DNA from: a virus
Lineage: Duplodnaviria > Caudoviricetes
IMG/VR virus record: IMGVR_UViG_3300030376_008775
Coordinates: 58,739 to 122,738 of that record
Direction: 5' to 3' (one strand)
Length of the DNA stretch: 64,000 nt
The notes under the pieces are model-generated. The model ran no database searches. It saw only the letters and a program-made list of their open reading frames with translations, and had not been told where the DNA came from. This document shows positions 40,001 through 50,723 of this stretch, one piece after another (the first letter of the stretch is position 1; every line of letters begins with the position of its first letter). A program made the translations under genes and the position numbers.

Positions 40001-43000
40001 CGACTTTTTTACTTTTAGTTCTTCTGAAGTTGTAGAAAAAAAGTTTGAGCCTTCAACAAGACTGGTGCCGTTTGATCAAATAAACTCTGATGATATGGTT
40101 GAAGTTGTTGACTTCGAAGGTGAGATATTTACTAGAGAAAGTCGACCACAGGAATATTTCTTTGCTTTTGAGAAAAGCATGTATGCAAATATTTCTGATG
40201 AAATGTTAAATATGTTTGCAACAATTAGAGATTTTCATAATATTGTTGGAGAGCCTGTCAATAGGTATCGAAAAGAATATAAAGAAATGGAAAAACTACG
40301 TCAGCTTTTCTTTAGAAGAGTTGGCAATACTCCTGACTTAGATAAGTTTATAGAGTACTATAAGTGGATTGATAATTCTATTTCAACTATGTTAATGAAC
40401 TTGGTTCCTGCGACGGCTAATTTTGCAAACAGTGTTAGAACTTTAATCGAAAGCCACGCGCTAGAAAGAAATAAGATAGAGACTAAATTTCCAACTTTAG
40501 AGCTAAATCAGCCTGAGCCTATCGGACAAATTAAAGCAATCAATGAATTAGATTATGATTGGAAACACGGTCACAGTCCAATTTCTGGAAAACAGAACGA
40601 TAATTGTTTATATTGGAAAGATAGAGCAGAAAGAAACGGTACCGCTACAACTTCTGGCAATTCGGCAGTTGATGCCCAAAGAGAAACAATTAGAAGAGTA
40701 GCGAATACAGTAGTCTCTGGCTCTACCTATGTTTTAAGAAAGTTAACCAGACCTTACAAGTTTACCGCAAAAAGATCTGAAGATTTTACAATCGACAATA
40801 TAAAACTAAATTTTGCCAAAACAGAACTGAATAGAAGTAACCCAACAGAAAATATTGTGCTGCAGCGCATCAAAAACTTTAAAGATTGCAATGATGACAA
40901 AGAGCTTCGATCTAAAAGAAAAATTGATTTTCAAGCTAATGTCAACGGAGCATTGCTTAATGGAGCAACTGTAGCACCATTTACTATATATTCATCATCT
41001 GTGTCTACTGGCTATAAAGGCGCCCTAAGTGTATTTAGCAATCAAGTAGAAATCAATAACAATCATATTGATGCATATGGAACAGAAACACAGGCTCCGT
41101 TACAAGGGCCATTCTCCAATATTCACGTCGGTGGTAAAAAATCAAGAAAAGCCGAGCCTTTCTCTACCACGGATCGTGTTGAAGAATATGTTTTGTCTGC
41201 AAGCGCAACAAAAATAACCCTTAAACAGGTGCCTTCCGACAAGCCACAATCGTCGTATTTCCTAGATGAGATTGCTAAACGTCCGGTCGTAATCAAAAAT
41301 ATTAAAAGCACTACATCGTCAGTGTATTTAGGTAACTATTCTAAAGATTATCAAATTGTTCAAACAGTTGGAGCCGACACTCAAAGAGGCTGGCTAAAAG
41401 ACAATTTTGGATCGGTAACACAAGTTACACCAGAGATACTTAATTTAAGCGGAAATATCAACTTCAGCAACTTCGATAGAAGTAACAACTCACTTAAGAG
41501 TGTAACGATCGCTGACCGCTTCTCTGGACCCGGTTCTCCGGAAGCAATGTCCCCAGGCTACCTTGACCCTGCCTCGCACACGTTCTCCGTTTATAACGGC
41601 ATAAACTACCGTAATATAACCGTTCGTTTACCAAGATCAAACGTTACGTTTACATCTTCAAATAGCGCACCGGCGGCACAGAATTATCAATTTAAGCCTT
41701 TTGGCGGTAATCCAGATCAAAACTTGAGAACTTTGCGAACAGGCGTTCCGTTGAGAAGTTTGCTAAGACATCCAATGTCTACAGAAGGAGCTGATATGTA
41801 CTTGTCGGCACCAAACGGAAGTTTTATTACTGCATCAATTCATAAAGTAAACAGAAATAAAAAGAATTCACCAATACCTTTTGGTGTCTTCGTTATCAAT
41901 CACGCCCTTCGTGACAATGGTTTTGTGCAGCATGCCATACCTCAAAGTGACAGACAATACACCTGGATTACTGCATCATTAAAAAATTCTATGGCCGGCC
42001 CAAATATCAATACTTCTTTGTTTTACGGCGGCGGCGGAGATGGAACAACAGCTCCTTTAGGATATTCAGTAAAATCAAACGATACAACTTTTATTAGTGC
42101 TAGTAGCGTTGGAATTACAAATGCTACTCTGTTTGTTGATTTTGCTAATTTAAATATTTTAGTTAACGATCCTCTAGATCTATCATCAAACCTAATAAGC
42201 TCTTCGACAGGAGAATATAGACAGACAAACATAACAACAATTCCTCAAGTTGAAGTTTTGAATTCTCTGATCAATCATCGTCAAGGCCCATACGGCTGGC
42301 CAAGTTGGAAACAAACACGCGGCGGCTTAAATCCAATTGTAAGAAGCCATAGAAAGACAAATACGTTCAGCACAATAGATAGATCGGCTCCTGTTTTCGA
42401 TGTCCTTCCTTATAGTTGGCCCGATAATATTATGGAAAATGCTACTAAATCGTTTGTAGACGGAAGAAGACAAATCATTAACTTGACTGAATCTGTTGTA
42501 ACCATAAATTATAAACCAATGCATATTGATGTCTTTATGAAAGGAATCGGAAATAATGGTTTGCCTGCTGATACAAATAAAGCGCTATCACAAAAGTTTA
42601 AATTTACATATGGTAATGAAACCGCATACTTTGCTGAGGATAGAATATTTAATTCTCTAACGGCAGATAACTATAAAGACATTCTAGACGCTAGCAGAAG
42701 CAGATCGGAAGCTTACAAAGCAATTGTGGGTCTGTACTCACCAGACTCAGCAGATGCTACTAGCGTAGTCAACCCTGTACAGCAATTTGGATCACTTAAG
42801 GCTTCACAAATTGTTTGGCCGAGGACTAGAAACACGTTCCTCTACAGAACAAATGCTAGAAACAGTTACACAGAACAAGCTGGATATGGATCAAATGGAT
42901 ATGATAGAATTAGTCATAGAAGCTTTTGGAGAAATAGCATTGAAGATAGAAAAAGGACTGATTTAACTGCTTTAAATAGTCAAGGTTTGGTATTATCACA

Positions 43001-46000
43001 ATCATCGTTTATTGGTGTAAGGCCATCATCAAATACGTATAGCGGCTCTACTAATGCAGGGGCCCTACCTGGATTAAGCGTTTGGCCACTGGATGGAAGA
43101 TATACTGGCACTGGTGCTGATTTAATTATAGATGGCGAAGGCCGCGCCATGCCTTTTGGATCGATTCAAATAGGGGCAGAGCAATTTATTTTAGACGCCG
43201 GCGTCGGCAATAAGTCCGCAGGCTCGGGATATCCTGCAAGAAATGCATCAATAAGTGGAGAGTTATTTTCTAGCGGAATGTACAGAAGTATGACTTACAA
43301 TGTTGGCGGAGGTCCAAATACGGTAGATGTTGCGAATAGATTTGTAACTGCCAGTGCTAGATACCATGGTGTTGATTGGAATATGAGTGCCTATAGCGGA
43401 TCCGGCAGACGATTAGGGACTATCAACACTAGACCTCAAGTGTTGCAATATACCGCTTCATCAAACATTGAATGGACCACAAATATTGATTCTGGCAAAA
43501 ATCCCTGGTATGATTCTTATGATGATTATGCTGCAGATTTGAGAAAAATTGGTAAAGACTATTCGGTGGTACCGGAATTTAATATTTCTGATCATATGCA
43601 CTATTATGTAAATGAGAAAAAGTCTGATTTCTTAAGTGAAATGCCAACAGACAAATTAATAATTCAAGGTATACATAATTCTTCTAGCGTTAATTCAAGA
43701 TTCTATGAAGATTATTCACATTCAGATTTCTTAAAAAACTTTGATCTGGTAATTAATGACCACAAAGAAATCGCTGATGTCAAAACAATTAATTTAACTT
43801 GCCATGGTCTTAAAAAGTTATTGCCTTACAATGGTTTTTATCCTGTAACCAGAACTTTACAGATGGCGACGCTGTTATCGGAGTCGATAGGTTCTAGAAT
43901 TGTTGGCAGCGGCAGCGGAAACGACGCAGTGTACGCGCCCTCTGTCTATCCTCCACTTCCGGATGTTCAAGGTCTCCAAGCTTTATTGCAGCCATTGATG
44001 GCGCCCGGCATTCTATACAATACGATAAAATCTGGAATTGCAGTAGATTGGCCTTTATACACAGGTTCAGCGCCTACTGCAGGCATAACAGGACAAGTTT
44101 TTACTACTTTGGTTGATGTTAAGAACTATATTAGCTCGTCTGCTAATTATAGACTTCCATTTGAGGCAATCTATAATTTAGATAATATTCCTATTTCTAA
44201 AGAAGGAGATGTAAAAGAGATTTATGCTCTTACAAATGAAACAACTGATGCACACTTTAGTTGGACTGGCAACAGAAACAATGATCTCTATGAGAGGGCA
44301 ATGAATAATTTTCTAGCGGAAAGTGTTAATTTATTTTTAGATTCTGGAAAGTTAACTTCATTCAAATCAAAACCAATGTCGGAAGTTAGTTTTAAAAATG
44401 GCGTTAATTATAGAATGTCCATTGATATTCAGAAAACAGCAGGATTTTTAATGACCGAGGGCGCCAGTTCAGACTCAATTGCTAGTTCTGATTTATGGAA
44501 ATCTGCTAATTTTGTTACTCAATCATTTGCTTGGCATGGCACTGCTAAAAGAGGAATTATTTACGGGCCCGCAGTAAGATTTTTTGATGTAAAAAGCACG
44601 GGACGTCTTTCATCATCAGGCTGGCCATACTGTGAACAAAATGATCCGGCTTTCGCGCCATATACACCGCCTTACTTTTACGGTAAAGCAACTGTTGACT
44701 TGGTGTATACAAATACTGTAGATCATACAGAAACTCCTTCATTGTCAACAATATTTGCGTACACTTCTGCTTCATACTCTAATGATCTAAACAATATACC
44801 AACAGGATCTTATTACACTTCATCGGTAGCTGTTCGAACTAACGGATTGCCTTGGCGAACCATTGTTAGTTCTTCTAGTCCTGCAATTCAAACAATGATG
44901 CAAGTTTCATCTTCGATTAATTTATTCGGAAGAACAAACAGTCTATTACAAACAGTTGCCCCTGACGGCACCCCGATAAGCTTTACTGATCCGGAAGATC
45001 CCACAGATCAAGAAAGATGGGTCATATCAACCAAATATGAGTGCCCGGTGCTAAACTTTAATCATTATACAAAGGATACTAAAGCGAGAGGTATGTGGAA
45101 TGGCTATGGCAATATTCCGGACTACAGCACAGAAGGCATCGAGATCAAATTAAGAGAGACAAATCCAACAGCTTTATTTAATCCATCAATCAATAGTACC
45201 GAGGGCTCACTCTTAATGAAGTTCTTTGGTGCCGAGCAGAAAAGAAAATCAGTTGGTAAATTAGCAAAAGACTTTACAAAATCTATATCTGAGTGTATTG
45301 TTGCAATACCGTACTTGCCTGGAAATAACGCAAGCAATAGTCTTGCAGCTGCATATGATTGTATATATTCGAGAGATGACGATAAATATTTCTTCCCAAT
45401 TAAGTTTGGTTCCGAGGGAACAAAATTTGTAGGCAGTGTTCCTGCAGGAGGCGCCCAATTAAAAGAAGAGGATAAAGCTTCAGAATCGACCGAAGGCTTG
45501 ATAGAAAAAATGAAAAAGTTTGTTTTTCCTCCAAGGTATGACTGGGTAAATAATGAAGAGCCAGTTCTAAGTCCATTTGCTATGTTTGCGTTTGAATTCA
45601 AACATTACTTCTCAAGACAAGAATTAGCAGATATGTGGCAGGGAGTAATGCCTGATATTGCAACGAAGGTAGTACCAGAGACAACTTCTTTAAGTATACC
45701 AGTCGCCCCCGGTGAATTAATGGGTGAGTTCTTTGCAAAGATTTCTCAAGAAGATAATTCGAATAGTGATATAACAAATACTATGAAAAACCTAAAATGG
45801 ATGGTATTTAAAGTTAAGCAGAGAGCAAAAAATGTATATGCGAATATAACAGAAGATATAACGGATAACAAATCCGGTACTTTTTTTGGAGTAGGCGAAT
45901 TATTTAACGAAAATGAATTGCCATATAGTTATAACTGGCCTTATGATTATTGTTCATTAGTTGAGCTAGCTAAATTTGAAGCAGGGATAGAAATTAAATA

Positions 46001-46001
46001 A
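37062..46001 (+). CDS. giant (2979 aa) baseplate wedge/tail protein with LamG (concanavalin-like) domain
   Basis: ITIEFWLK, DGKWHHYAIT, LYLDG, VDEFRYW, YFKFNEG, DYSG (LamG). IYKTKGT..FRNL (P2 gpI/T4 gp7-like wedge motif). Confidence 0.7.
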   Translation: MDKKFTQNKFSEQQKSLANLFTGVVIGSSSTTASFSDDAESSNFVKSYKEQENRFVPQINFATASNFAKFGSATSYYEDAYTRIHNQYPYDGSHREKVLWNLSSSYLDKYVFDNLYPRTNGFININSGSNSYTSTKASEYYSSSAPQYVSFKGGPHADPNGNFKLDISTGLSTTSISKANIYDTGSKRNNNLEINTDNGITIEFWLKKNGWPTTPDAGSHKEVILNVTTTGSVNNDSYCILYLSSSAKDNLYFNITSGSVSSTTSAAFLFDTELTDIADGKWHHYAITAKTSGSVTAANLYLDGVFKTKQVSGSVLNPVTASTQGALGAWAGHLKAAGNTFFGPGYGNLVSASVDEFRYWKTERNAKQIGRYYISDVNGGTNTDLANVDLGVYFKFNEGITQTSSVDQTVLDYSGRLSNGRIVNYNSTNGRSINSAIVQSGKSSLEFKDPIVYSFHPTVKSSLADLKIKGNEHDFNNSNSLINSIPAWIIENDQTEGTGQLANLIQICANYLDSLYLQVEALPTIRNINYASSSAKPHFFNDRLLKDYGFNVDEILTDVSLFSSANTRDENRVFERKLYEVKNQIYKNIYNNLVHIYKTKGTKKSFRNLMRCIGIDEELIRLNLYGMNTDWQAQTNTRDVSSKTKYADFFNNNQAVVYGYPEPGNSNSRSFISGSGDATSGIDKLSSITIEADVLFPKYPLNSSANNKNFPFLSSSIFGMNGVKHPEDADNLSWPATNINASSSLQVYAVRKQKQTSVDNPEVFFMLSGSMLTAPITSSTYSDVYQNSKWKLAVRLKHRSQGAGLDFVSGSISDEVIDVSLFGAQIIADSVLNQFNISGTVQDSLKDGPFIEAKRIFAGAYRNDFTGSILQRADTFITNVRYWNSFIEDETLFYHAKNDQSYGTQHPYRNTYLFEGKKTTGLSTTEMPKIESLALNWNFNQVTSSDSSGRFVVSDFSSGSNESSDYKLSNITQRQHTGRGDFFTFSSSEVVEKKFEPSTRLVPFDQINSDDMVEVVDFEGEIFTRESRPQEYFFAFEKSMYANISDEMLNMFATIRDFHNIVGEPVNRYRKEYKEMEKLRQLFFRRVGNTPDLDKFIEYYKWIDNSISTMLMNLVPATANFANSVRTLIESHALERNKIETKFPTLELNQPEPIGQIKAINELDYDWKHGHSPISGKQNDNCLYWKDRAERNGTATTSGNSAVDAQRETIRRVANTVVSGSTYVLRKLTRPYKFTAKRSEDFTIDNIKLNFAKTELNRSNPTENIVLQRIKNFKDCNDDKELRSKRKIDFQANVNGALLNGATVAPFTIYSSSVSTGYKGALSVFSNQVEINNNHIDAYGTETQAPLQGPFSNIHVGGKKSRKAEPFSTTDRVEEYVLSASATKITLKQVPSDKPQSSYFLDEIAKRPVVIKNIKSTTSSVYLGNYSKDYQIVQTVGADTQRGWLKDNFGSVTQVTPEILNLSGNINFSNFDRSNNSLKSVTIADRFSGPGSPEAMSPGYLDPASHTFSVYNGINYRNITVRLPRSNVTFTSSNSAPAAQNYQFKPFGGNPDQNLRTLRTGVPLRSLLRHPMSTEGADMYLSAPNGSFITASIHKVNRNKKNSPIPFGVFVINHALRDNGFVQHAIPQSDRQYTWITASLKNSMAGPNINTSLFYGGGGDGTTAPLGYSVKSNDTTFISASSVGITNATLFVDFANLNILVNDPLDLSSNLISSSTGEYRQTNITTIPQVEVLNSLINHRQGPYGWPSWKQTRGGLNPIVRSHRKTNTFSTIDRSAPVFDVLPYSWPDNIMENATKSFVDGRRQIINLTESVVTINYKPMHIDVFMKGIGNNGLPADTNKALSQKFKFTYGNETAYFAEDRIFNSLTADNYKDILDASRSRSEAYKAIVGLYSPDSADATSVVNPVQQFGSLKASQIVWPRTRNTFLYRTNARNSYTEQAGYGSNGYDRISHRSFWRNSIEDRKRTDLTALNSQGLVLSQSSFIGVRPSSNTYSGSTNAGALPGLSVWPLDGRYTGTGADLIIDGEGRAMPFGSIQIGAEQFILDAGVGNKSAGSGYPARNASISGELFSSGMYRSMTYNVGGGPNTVDVANRFVTASARYHGVDWNMSAYSGSGRRLGTINTRPQVLQYTASSNIEWTTNIDSGKNPWYDSYDDYAADLRKIGKDYSVVPEFNISDHMHYYVNEKKSDFLSEMPTDKLIIQGIHNSSSVNSRFYEDYSHSDFLKNFDLVINDHKEIADVKTINLTCHGLKKLLPYNGFYPVTRTLQMATLLSESIGSRIVGSGSGNDAVYAPSVYPPLPDVQGLQALLQPLMAPGILYNTIKSGIAVDWPLYTGSAPTAGITGQVFTTLVDVKNYISSSANYRLPFEAIYNLDNIPISKEGDVKEIYALTNETTDAHFSWTGNRNNDLYERAMNNFLAESVNLFLDSGKLTSFKSKPMSEVSFKNGVNYRMSIDIQKTAGFLMTEGASSDSIASSDLWKSANFVTQSFAWHGTAKRGIIYGPAVRFFDVKSTGRLSSSGWPYCEQNDPAFAPYTPPYFYGKATVDLVYTNTVDHTETPSLSTIFAYTSASYSNDLNNIPTGSYYTSSVAVRTNGLPWRTIVSSSSPAIQTMMQVSSSINLFGRTNSLLQTVAPDGTPISFTDPEDPTDQERWVISTKYECPVLNFNHYTKDTKARGMWNGYGNIPDYSTEGIEIKLRETNPTALFNPSINSTEGSLLMKFFGAEQKRKSVGKLAKDFTKSISECIVAIPYLPGNNASNSLAAAYDCIYSRDDDKYFFPIKFGSEGTKFVGSVPAGGAQLKEEDKASESTEGLIEKMKKFVFPPRYDWVNNEEPVLSPFAMFAFEFKHYFSRQELADMWQGVMPDIATKVVPETTSLSIPVAPGELMGEFFAKISQEDNSNSDITNTMKNLKWMVFKVKQRAKNVYANITEDITDNKSGTFFGVGELFNENELPYSYNWPYDYCSLVELAKFEAGIEIK

Positions 46002-47005
46002 TGGAATTTTTTGATAAAAAAGAAGAGGTTTTGGATATCCAAATAACTCCTTTAGGGAAGAGATTGATGCAAATGGGGCAATTTAAACCTCATTCTTATG
46101 CTTTTTTTGATAATGATATCATATACGATTCAAAATTTGCAGGCGTAACAGAAACTCAAAATAATACCCAAGAGAGAATCAAAGAAGTTCCACGACTGAA
46201 ACAACAAGTATACCTTTATTCGCCGGAAGAAAAAATCAATAGCAATACCGAAGATATTGATTTAGTAACGTATAATGAAAATTTATTTCAAGATAAGTCT
46301 GTAACAGGGCCCCAATCTTTAGCGAGCGAATACAATATACAAAAACAAGAATCGAGACAACTTGAGCTTGAATCATTCGGCCCATTAGGAAATATGGCTT
46401 TTCACGCCGATTCTATTCCTGCTTGGGATATAAGATTTTTTGAAGCCACTTTAACAGGCTCAACTTCTATTGTAACAACGAATAATCAAAGAATACCAAA
46501 CTTAGACTGTGATGTTCAGTATAAATTCAACCTTAAGAGTATAGATCTTGATATGATAGAAGAGCCCGAAGACGAGGCTTTGCTTTCAGAGATACAAGAT
46601 AATCTTTTTATAACTACTACTCCAGTCAGCAAAGATGGTAGCTATCTAGAACTTGAGCCTGAAGCTTTTTTTATTAGAGCCAGCGAGAATAATACAAATT
46701 TTTTAAATGACAATTTTGACATTGAAATTTTTAAGGTCGGCTCGGAAGGAGAAGAACAACAATTATTTTTTGATGATGAAGGCACTAGTTTTGAAGATAG
46801 TCCATTGGCAGTTGAATACTGGTTTAACGTCGAGGTCGACGCAGAGATTCCTGATAGTATATATTGTAAACAAGTCAAATCAGAAAAACTTGAAGTTACC
46901 TATACCGATAAGTTCTTGTTTAACTGTGATGATCTGATTGATGAAAATCTAGCAGTTGATCAAATCTACAACATTCCTGCTGGAGATACGGAGCCTTGTG
47001 ATTAA
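46001..47005 (+). CDS. tail/baseplate structural protein
   Basis: N-terminus (EVLDIQITPLGKRLMQMG.F....YAFFDNDIIY) is paralogous to that of 53754..54734. Confidence 0.55.
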   Translation: MEFFDKKEEVLDIQITPLGKRLMQMGQFKPHSYAFFDNDIIYDSKFAGVTETQNNTQERIKEVPRLKQQVYLYSPEEKINSNTEDIDLVTYNENLFQDKSVTGPQSLASEYNIQKQESRQLELESFGPLGNMAFHADSIPAWDIRFFEATLTGSTSIVTTNNQRIPNLDCDVQYKFNLKSIDLDMIEEPEDEALLSEIQDNLFITTTPVSKDGSYLELEPEAFFIRASENNTNFLNDNFDIEIFKVGSEGEEQQLFFDDEGTSFEDSPLAVEYWFNVEVDAEIPDSIYCKQVKSEKLEVTYTDKFLFNCDDLIDENLAVDQIYNIPAGDTEPCD

Positions 47006-50000
47006 TGGCAGATAGCATAACAAATATTTCAAATCTAGTACAGACTAGCGTACCTAAAGTCTCTATACAAAGAATTGTATTAGAAACTGGCGCCCCACCA
47101 GTAAAAGTACAAAAAGATCCTCATATTGTTTTACCAAATGAGCTGCAGCCACCAACAAATACTGACACTAGTTTCGAAAAACTTTTAAGGGCAGCGCTTA
47201 AAATAGACCTAACACTTTCTTTAAAAGGCTTTGGAAGAAGAAACCTTAAAAGTGATAATTTATTATCAGATATATTTGATAATTTAAATTTAATGAAATT
47301 ACTAAAAACTTCGGTATATCAAATTGATAACCAAGGTTTAAAAAATCTAGGTATCGCTGCAGGTTTTGCTAATATGTTTGGTTCTCCTGGCAATCCTAAT
47401 GGAGTCGGAACAGGTGTTTCTTATCAAGAAATATATAATTTAATTAAAGATAGCCCACTGGATATTGTAACTAAAAAAGAAATTAATATTTTTGAAGAAT
47501 TAAGTTCTTTAGAGGAAGGAGATTTAGCTAGATTTTCGCATAGGACATCAGATGGTTCAACTTTTTATAACTTTCCTTTTAGACTAGATACATTTGTTAG
47601 TCTCAATCCTGACCCTAAATTCCTAGCTTATATGGTTGTTACGGAAGTTGACAATGATATGCTAATTAATCATATCAAAGAAACAATTGGTGGCTCTGCC
47701 GATTACCAATTACCAACTGAAGTAGAACAATATTTACAGACTCTCAATGTTGATATATCAAACAAATCAATTTCATTTGATATTGTAATCAACAATAGTG
47801 GCGTTAATGATCAGGCAGCACTACTACAAAGAACAGATACACAAGAAATTTGGTTCGGTGGTTATCACGAAATGCAAGACGGTACTCTTATGACAGGTGC
47901 CACCCACAATGATCAAACACTCGCTGCAAAAGATAGAGACGTAGTATTAAGGCCAGTACTCATGGCAAATACAAAAATTGTTGACTTGAGAGACGATGAA
48001 GAGATTGAAAAAGTATTCCTTAAGGAACTTTATGAACTAGAAAATGTTTTTGAAGCGATTCAAAAAGCAACAAATCAACCCAAGACAACAACTGAAAAAT
48101 TAAAACTAGAACTACCTGAAAAATTTTCTACTTCCTATATGTCAAAAGGTTTTGATGGAACCCACTCTTACCTTTTTGCTGTTGACAAACTAAAAGTATT
48201 AGCTAATAAATCTTTATTGGCTAGAATAGGACAGAATTTATTAAATTCTAATACACTTGTTAACGACCTAAAAGAGAAAATATTGGGAGATTCAGTGATA
48301 AAACAACTTAGAATCTTTAGAAGAAGAGTTAAAGTTGATGGGTTCGGGCAAAATAGATTAGGTACTCCAAATATAAATCAAGAAAGCTTCAAACACAATG
48401 TTTTGGACGCAGACGTAGAAAATTATTATGAAGATGTGATTCCAAAACGAGTTGCTATTTTAAGAGATGGTCTTAAAAAAATAGAAGGCTTAAGTTTTCT
48501 TGAGACAGCTTTAGATGAAAAAAGATATTGTTATTACTCTTTTAAAGATACAGAACTGAACAATATTAAACACGGAAATTATGAATATTTTTACGAACTT
48601 GTTTTAGAAGATGGTATAAGAAAAACATTAACGGAAAAAATAAAATTTTTGTCTTTGTACTACGAAGATATTAAGTCTTATTATGATTTTATTAATACAA
48701 ATATTGAGGATTGTTATAGTGATTTAACCGATCAATTTAATTTTAGTTTTTTACAAGCGCAAGGATACGGAGACATAGGTAGTACACTTGCAAATATTGT
48801 TGGCCAGATGTCAGATATACTAAAAATGTTCAATCCTCAAAACGCTTCATCATATGGCATGATGAATAAAAAATTATTAATTATTTCTAATCCAATTTCT
48901 GGTAACATACAAGGTTTGATAAAGTTTATAAATACTTGTGAAACTTTTATTTCTAAGATACAAAGTTTGTCGGGAATTAAGACAGGGTTAAACAAGCATT
49001 TAGATCTAGCAGTAACAAACTTAAATACTGAAACAATTGAAGTACCAAATACTGTAAAAGTAACAGAAGTTTTTGCCGACAACGCAAACCTAGAAAATAT
49101 TAATGCTGGATACGAATATATTATTGCTAATGATTTGATTGAAGACGCAACCAAAGCAGATAGCAAAAATTCAATCAGAACAATATCAACAACATTATAT
49201 CTATCAATGGCTAACGCCCAACTGCAAGAAAATTTCTTACTGGACGAAACAAATACTAGTCCGCTAGGAAATATTAGCAACCCAAATAAACTTAGATATT
49301 TTACTCCGACTCAAGTATTTATTGACAATCGAAAATATTTAACTAACTCATTGCCTACAAGCAATTCAGTGTTTTTATCTAGCGTTCTTAAGCCTTTTAG
49401 AGTCGACTTTGATTATTACAAGCCTATAATTTTAGATATTTTAGAATATTATCATAACAAAAATATGGATAGTAAATTAATCTCTATGGGAGAAAAGAAT
49501 AATATAAGGAAACTAATAGATATTGCAGGCAGGTATGGTGTATTGTTTGATAATAGTTTCGTTAAGCAGTTAGATTATTTGTCTGATCCGGCCAAAGATG
49601 AAAATAGTGAAAAATATTCTGACTCATCAAAATTAAAAAATAACCAACAGCAAACAAGCAAAAATACAAGCTTATCTGCATTTCAATTCACACCCGAAGT
49701 TAATGAAGCTTCTGATTATGAAGATAATACATTTGAATCTGATTTAAGTCAGAATATAGAAAATTTCTTATTTGGAATGGTAAGCAATATTGTTTTAAAA
49801 GACGAAAGTCTAATACCAGAAAAGTATAAAGGCCCCGATCTTTCTGGGTATCAGCAGCTGCCTATTTGTCTTCAAGCATTGATAACACAATTTGCACCAC
49901 AGGGGGTACAGATAAAACAGTATTTGGCCGGCCAACCACAATTAGGCTTTGGTTTGTTTAAAGAGACACCCTTGAGTTTAAATACCATTGGCTGGTGGTG

Positions 50001-50691
50001 GTTTAATTACTCAAACGTTGTAGAAGTAAGATATCTTGAACGATACGACTCTTTTTTCAATCCAGTCTGGACTCCCTTAACATCAGATTCATTCAACAAT
50101 CTTGCTGCTTCTGACACTCCAAAAAGAATTATATGTAAATTGTATAAATATGAAAATTCTGCATGGGGAATTAGAAATAATAATAAATTTTTAGAGCTAC
50201 CAATCTTAAATGAGTACTTTATAATCGATCCGGGGGAAGCAACCGTAACAGCAGTTGCAGAGAAAGAAGCCCTATTGGCTATTGACCAAGAGGACGAAAC
50301 AGACGTTGAGACAAAAACAAAACAAGATCTAGATGATATAATTGTTTTAGGAAATAGTCCTGATCTTAAGTCAGCCATAAGCACAGATCCAAAAGTAGTG
50401 CAAAATAAAAATGCAGTTAGGATTAATAGAGTAGCTGAAACCTTAGTTAGTCAAGCTCGTCAACAAACAGAGCCAGTTCCTACTAGGGCAATACAACAAG
50501 CAGAACTAAGAGAAGATATTACCGGCCCGAGTCCAAGAGCAGTGAATACAAATCCACGCGCTATTAATGCTGCAACTAACGCAATTGCCCCACGCGCCCA
50601 AGAGCCCAACAGAGAGGTGCAAGGGGCGCGCGCTCCGCAAGATTCTCAGACTCGTGGTGTAACCGAAGGCCGCGGCGGAGGTTATTCATGA
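47005..50691 (+). CDS. large hypothetical virion protein
   Basis: 1228 aa in the structural block; contains YHEMQDGTLMTGATH. Confidence 0.5.
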   Translation: MADSITNISNLVQTSVPKVSIQRIVLETGAPPVKVQKDPHIVLPNELQPPTNTDTSFEKLLRAALKIDLTLSLKGFGRRNLKSDNLLSDIFDNLNLMKLLKTSVYQIDNQGLKNLGIAAGFANMFGSPGNPNGVGTGVSYQEIYNLIKDSPLDIVTKKEINIFEELSSLEEGDLARFSHRTSDGSTFYNFPFRLDTFVSLNPDPKFLAYMVVTEVDNDMLINHIKETIGGSADYQLPTEVEQYLQTLNVDISNKSISFDIVINNSGVNDQAALLQRTDTQEIWFGGYHEMQDGTLMTGATHNDQTLAAKDRDVVLRPVLMANTKIVDLRDDEEIEKVFLKELYELENVFEAIQKATNQPKTTTEKLKLELPEKFSTSYMSKGFDGTHSYLFAVDKLKVLANKSLLARIGQNLLNSNTLVNDLKEKILGDSVIKQLRIFRRRVKVDGFGQNRLGTPNINQESFKHNVLDADVENYYEDVIPKRVAILRDGLKKIEGLSFLETALDEKRYCYYSFKDTELNNIKHGNYEYFYELVLEDGIRKTLTEKIKFLSLYYEDIKSYYDFINTNIEDCYSDLTDQFNFSFLQAQGYGDIGSTLANIVGQMSDILKMFNPQNASSYGMMNKKLLIISNPISGNIQGLIKFINTCETFISKIQSLSGIKTGLNKHLDLAVTNLNTETIEVPNTVKVTEVFADNANLENINAGYEYIIANDLIEDATKADSKNSIRTISTTLYLSMANAQLQENFLLDETNTSPLGNISNPNKLRYFTPTQVFIDNRKYLTNSLPTSNSVFLSSVLKPFRVDFDYYKPIILDILEYYHNKNMDSKLISMGEKNNIRKLIDIAGRYGVLFDNSFVKQLDYLSDPAKDENSEKYSDSSKLKNNQQQTSKNTSLSAFQFTPEVNEASDYEDNTFESDLSQNIENFLFGMVSNIVLKDESLIPEKYKGPDLSGYQQLPICLQALITQFAPQGVQIKQYLAGQPQLGFGLFKETPLSLNTIGWWWFNYSNVVEVRYLERYDSFFNPVWTPLTSDSFNNLAASDTPKRIICKLYKYENSAWGIRNNNKFLELPILNEYFIIDPGEATVTAVAEKEALLAIDQEDETDVETKTKQDLDDIIVLGNSPDLKSAISTDPKVVQNKNAVRINRVAETLVSQARQQTEPVPTRAIQQAELREDITGPSPRAVNTNPRAINAATNAIAPRAQEPNREVQGARAPQDSQTRGVTEGRGGGYS

Positions 50692-50723
50692 GCGTTCTAA
50701 TTATAATTAACGGATAAATAAAT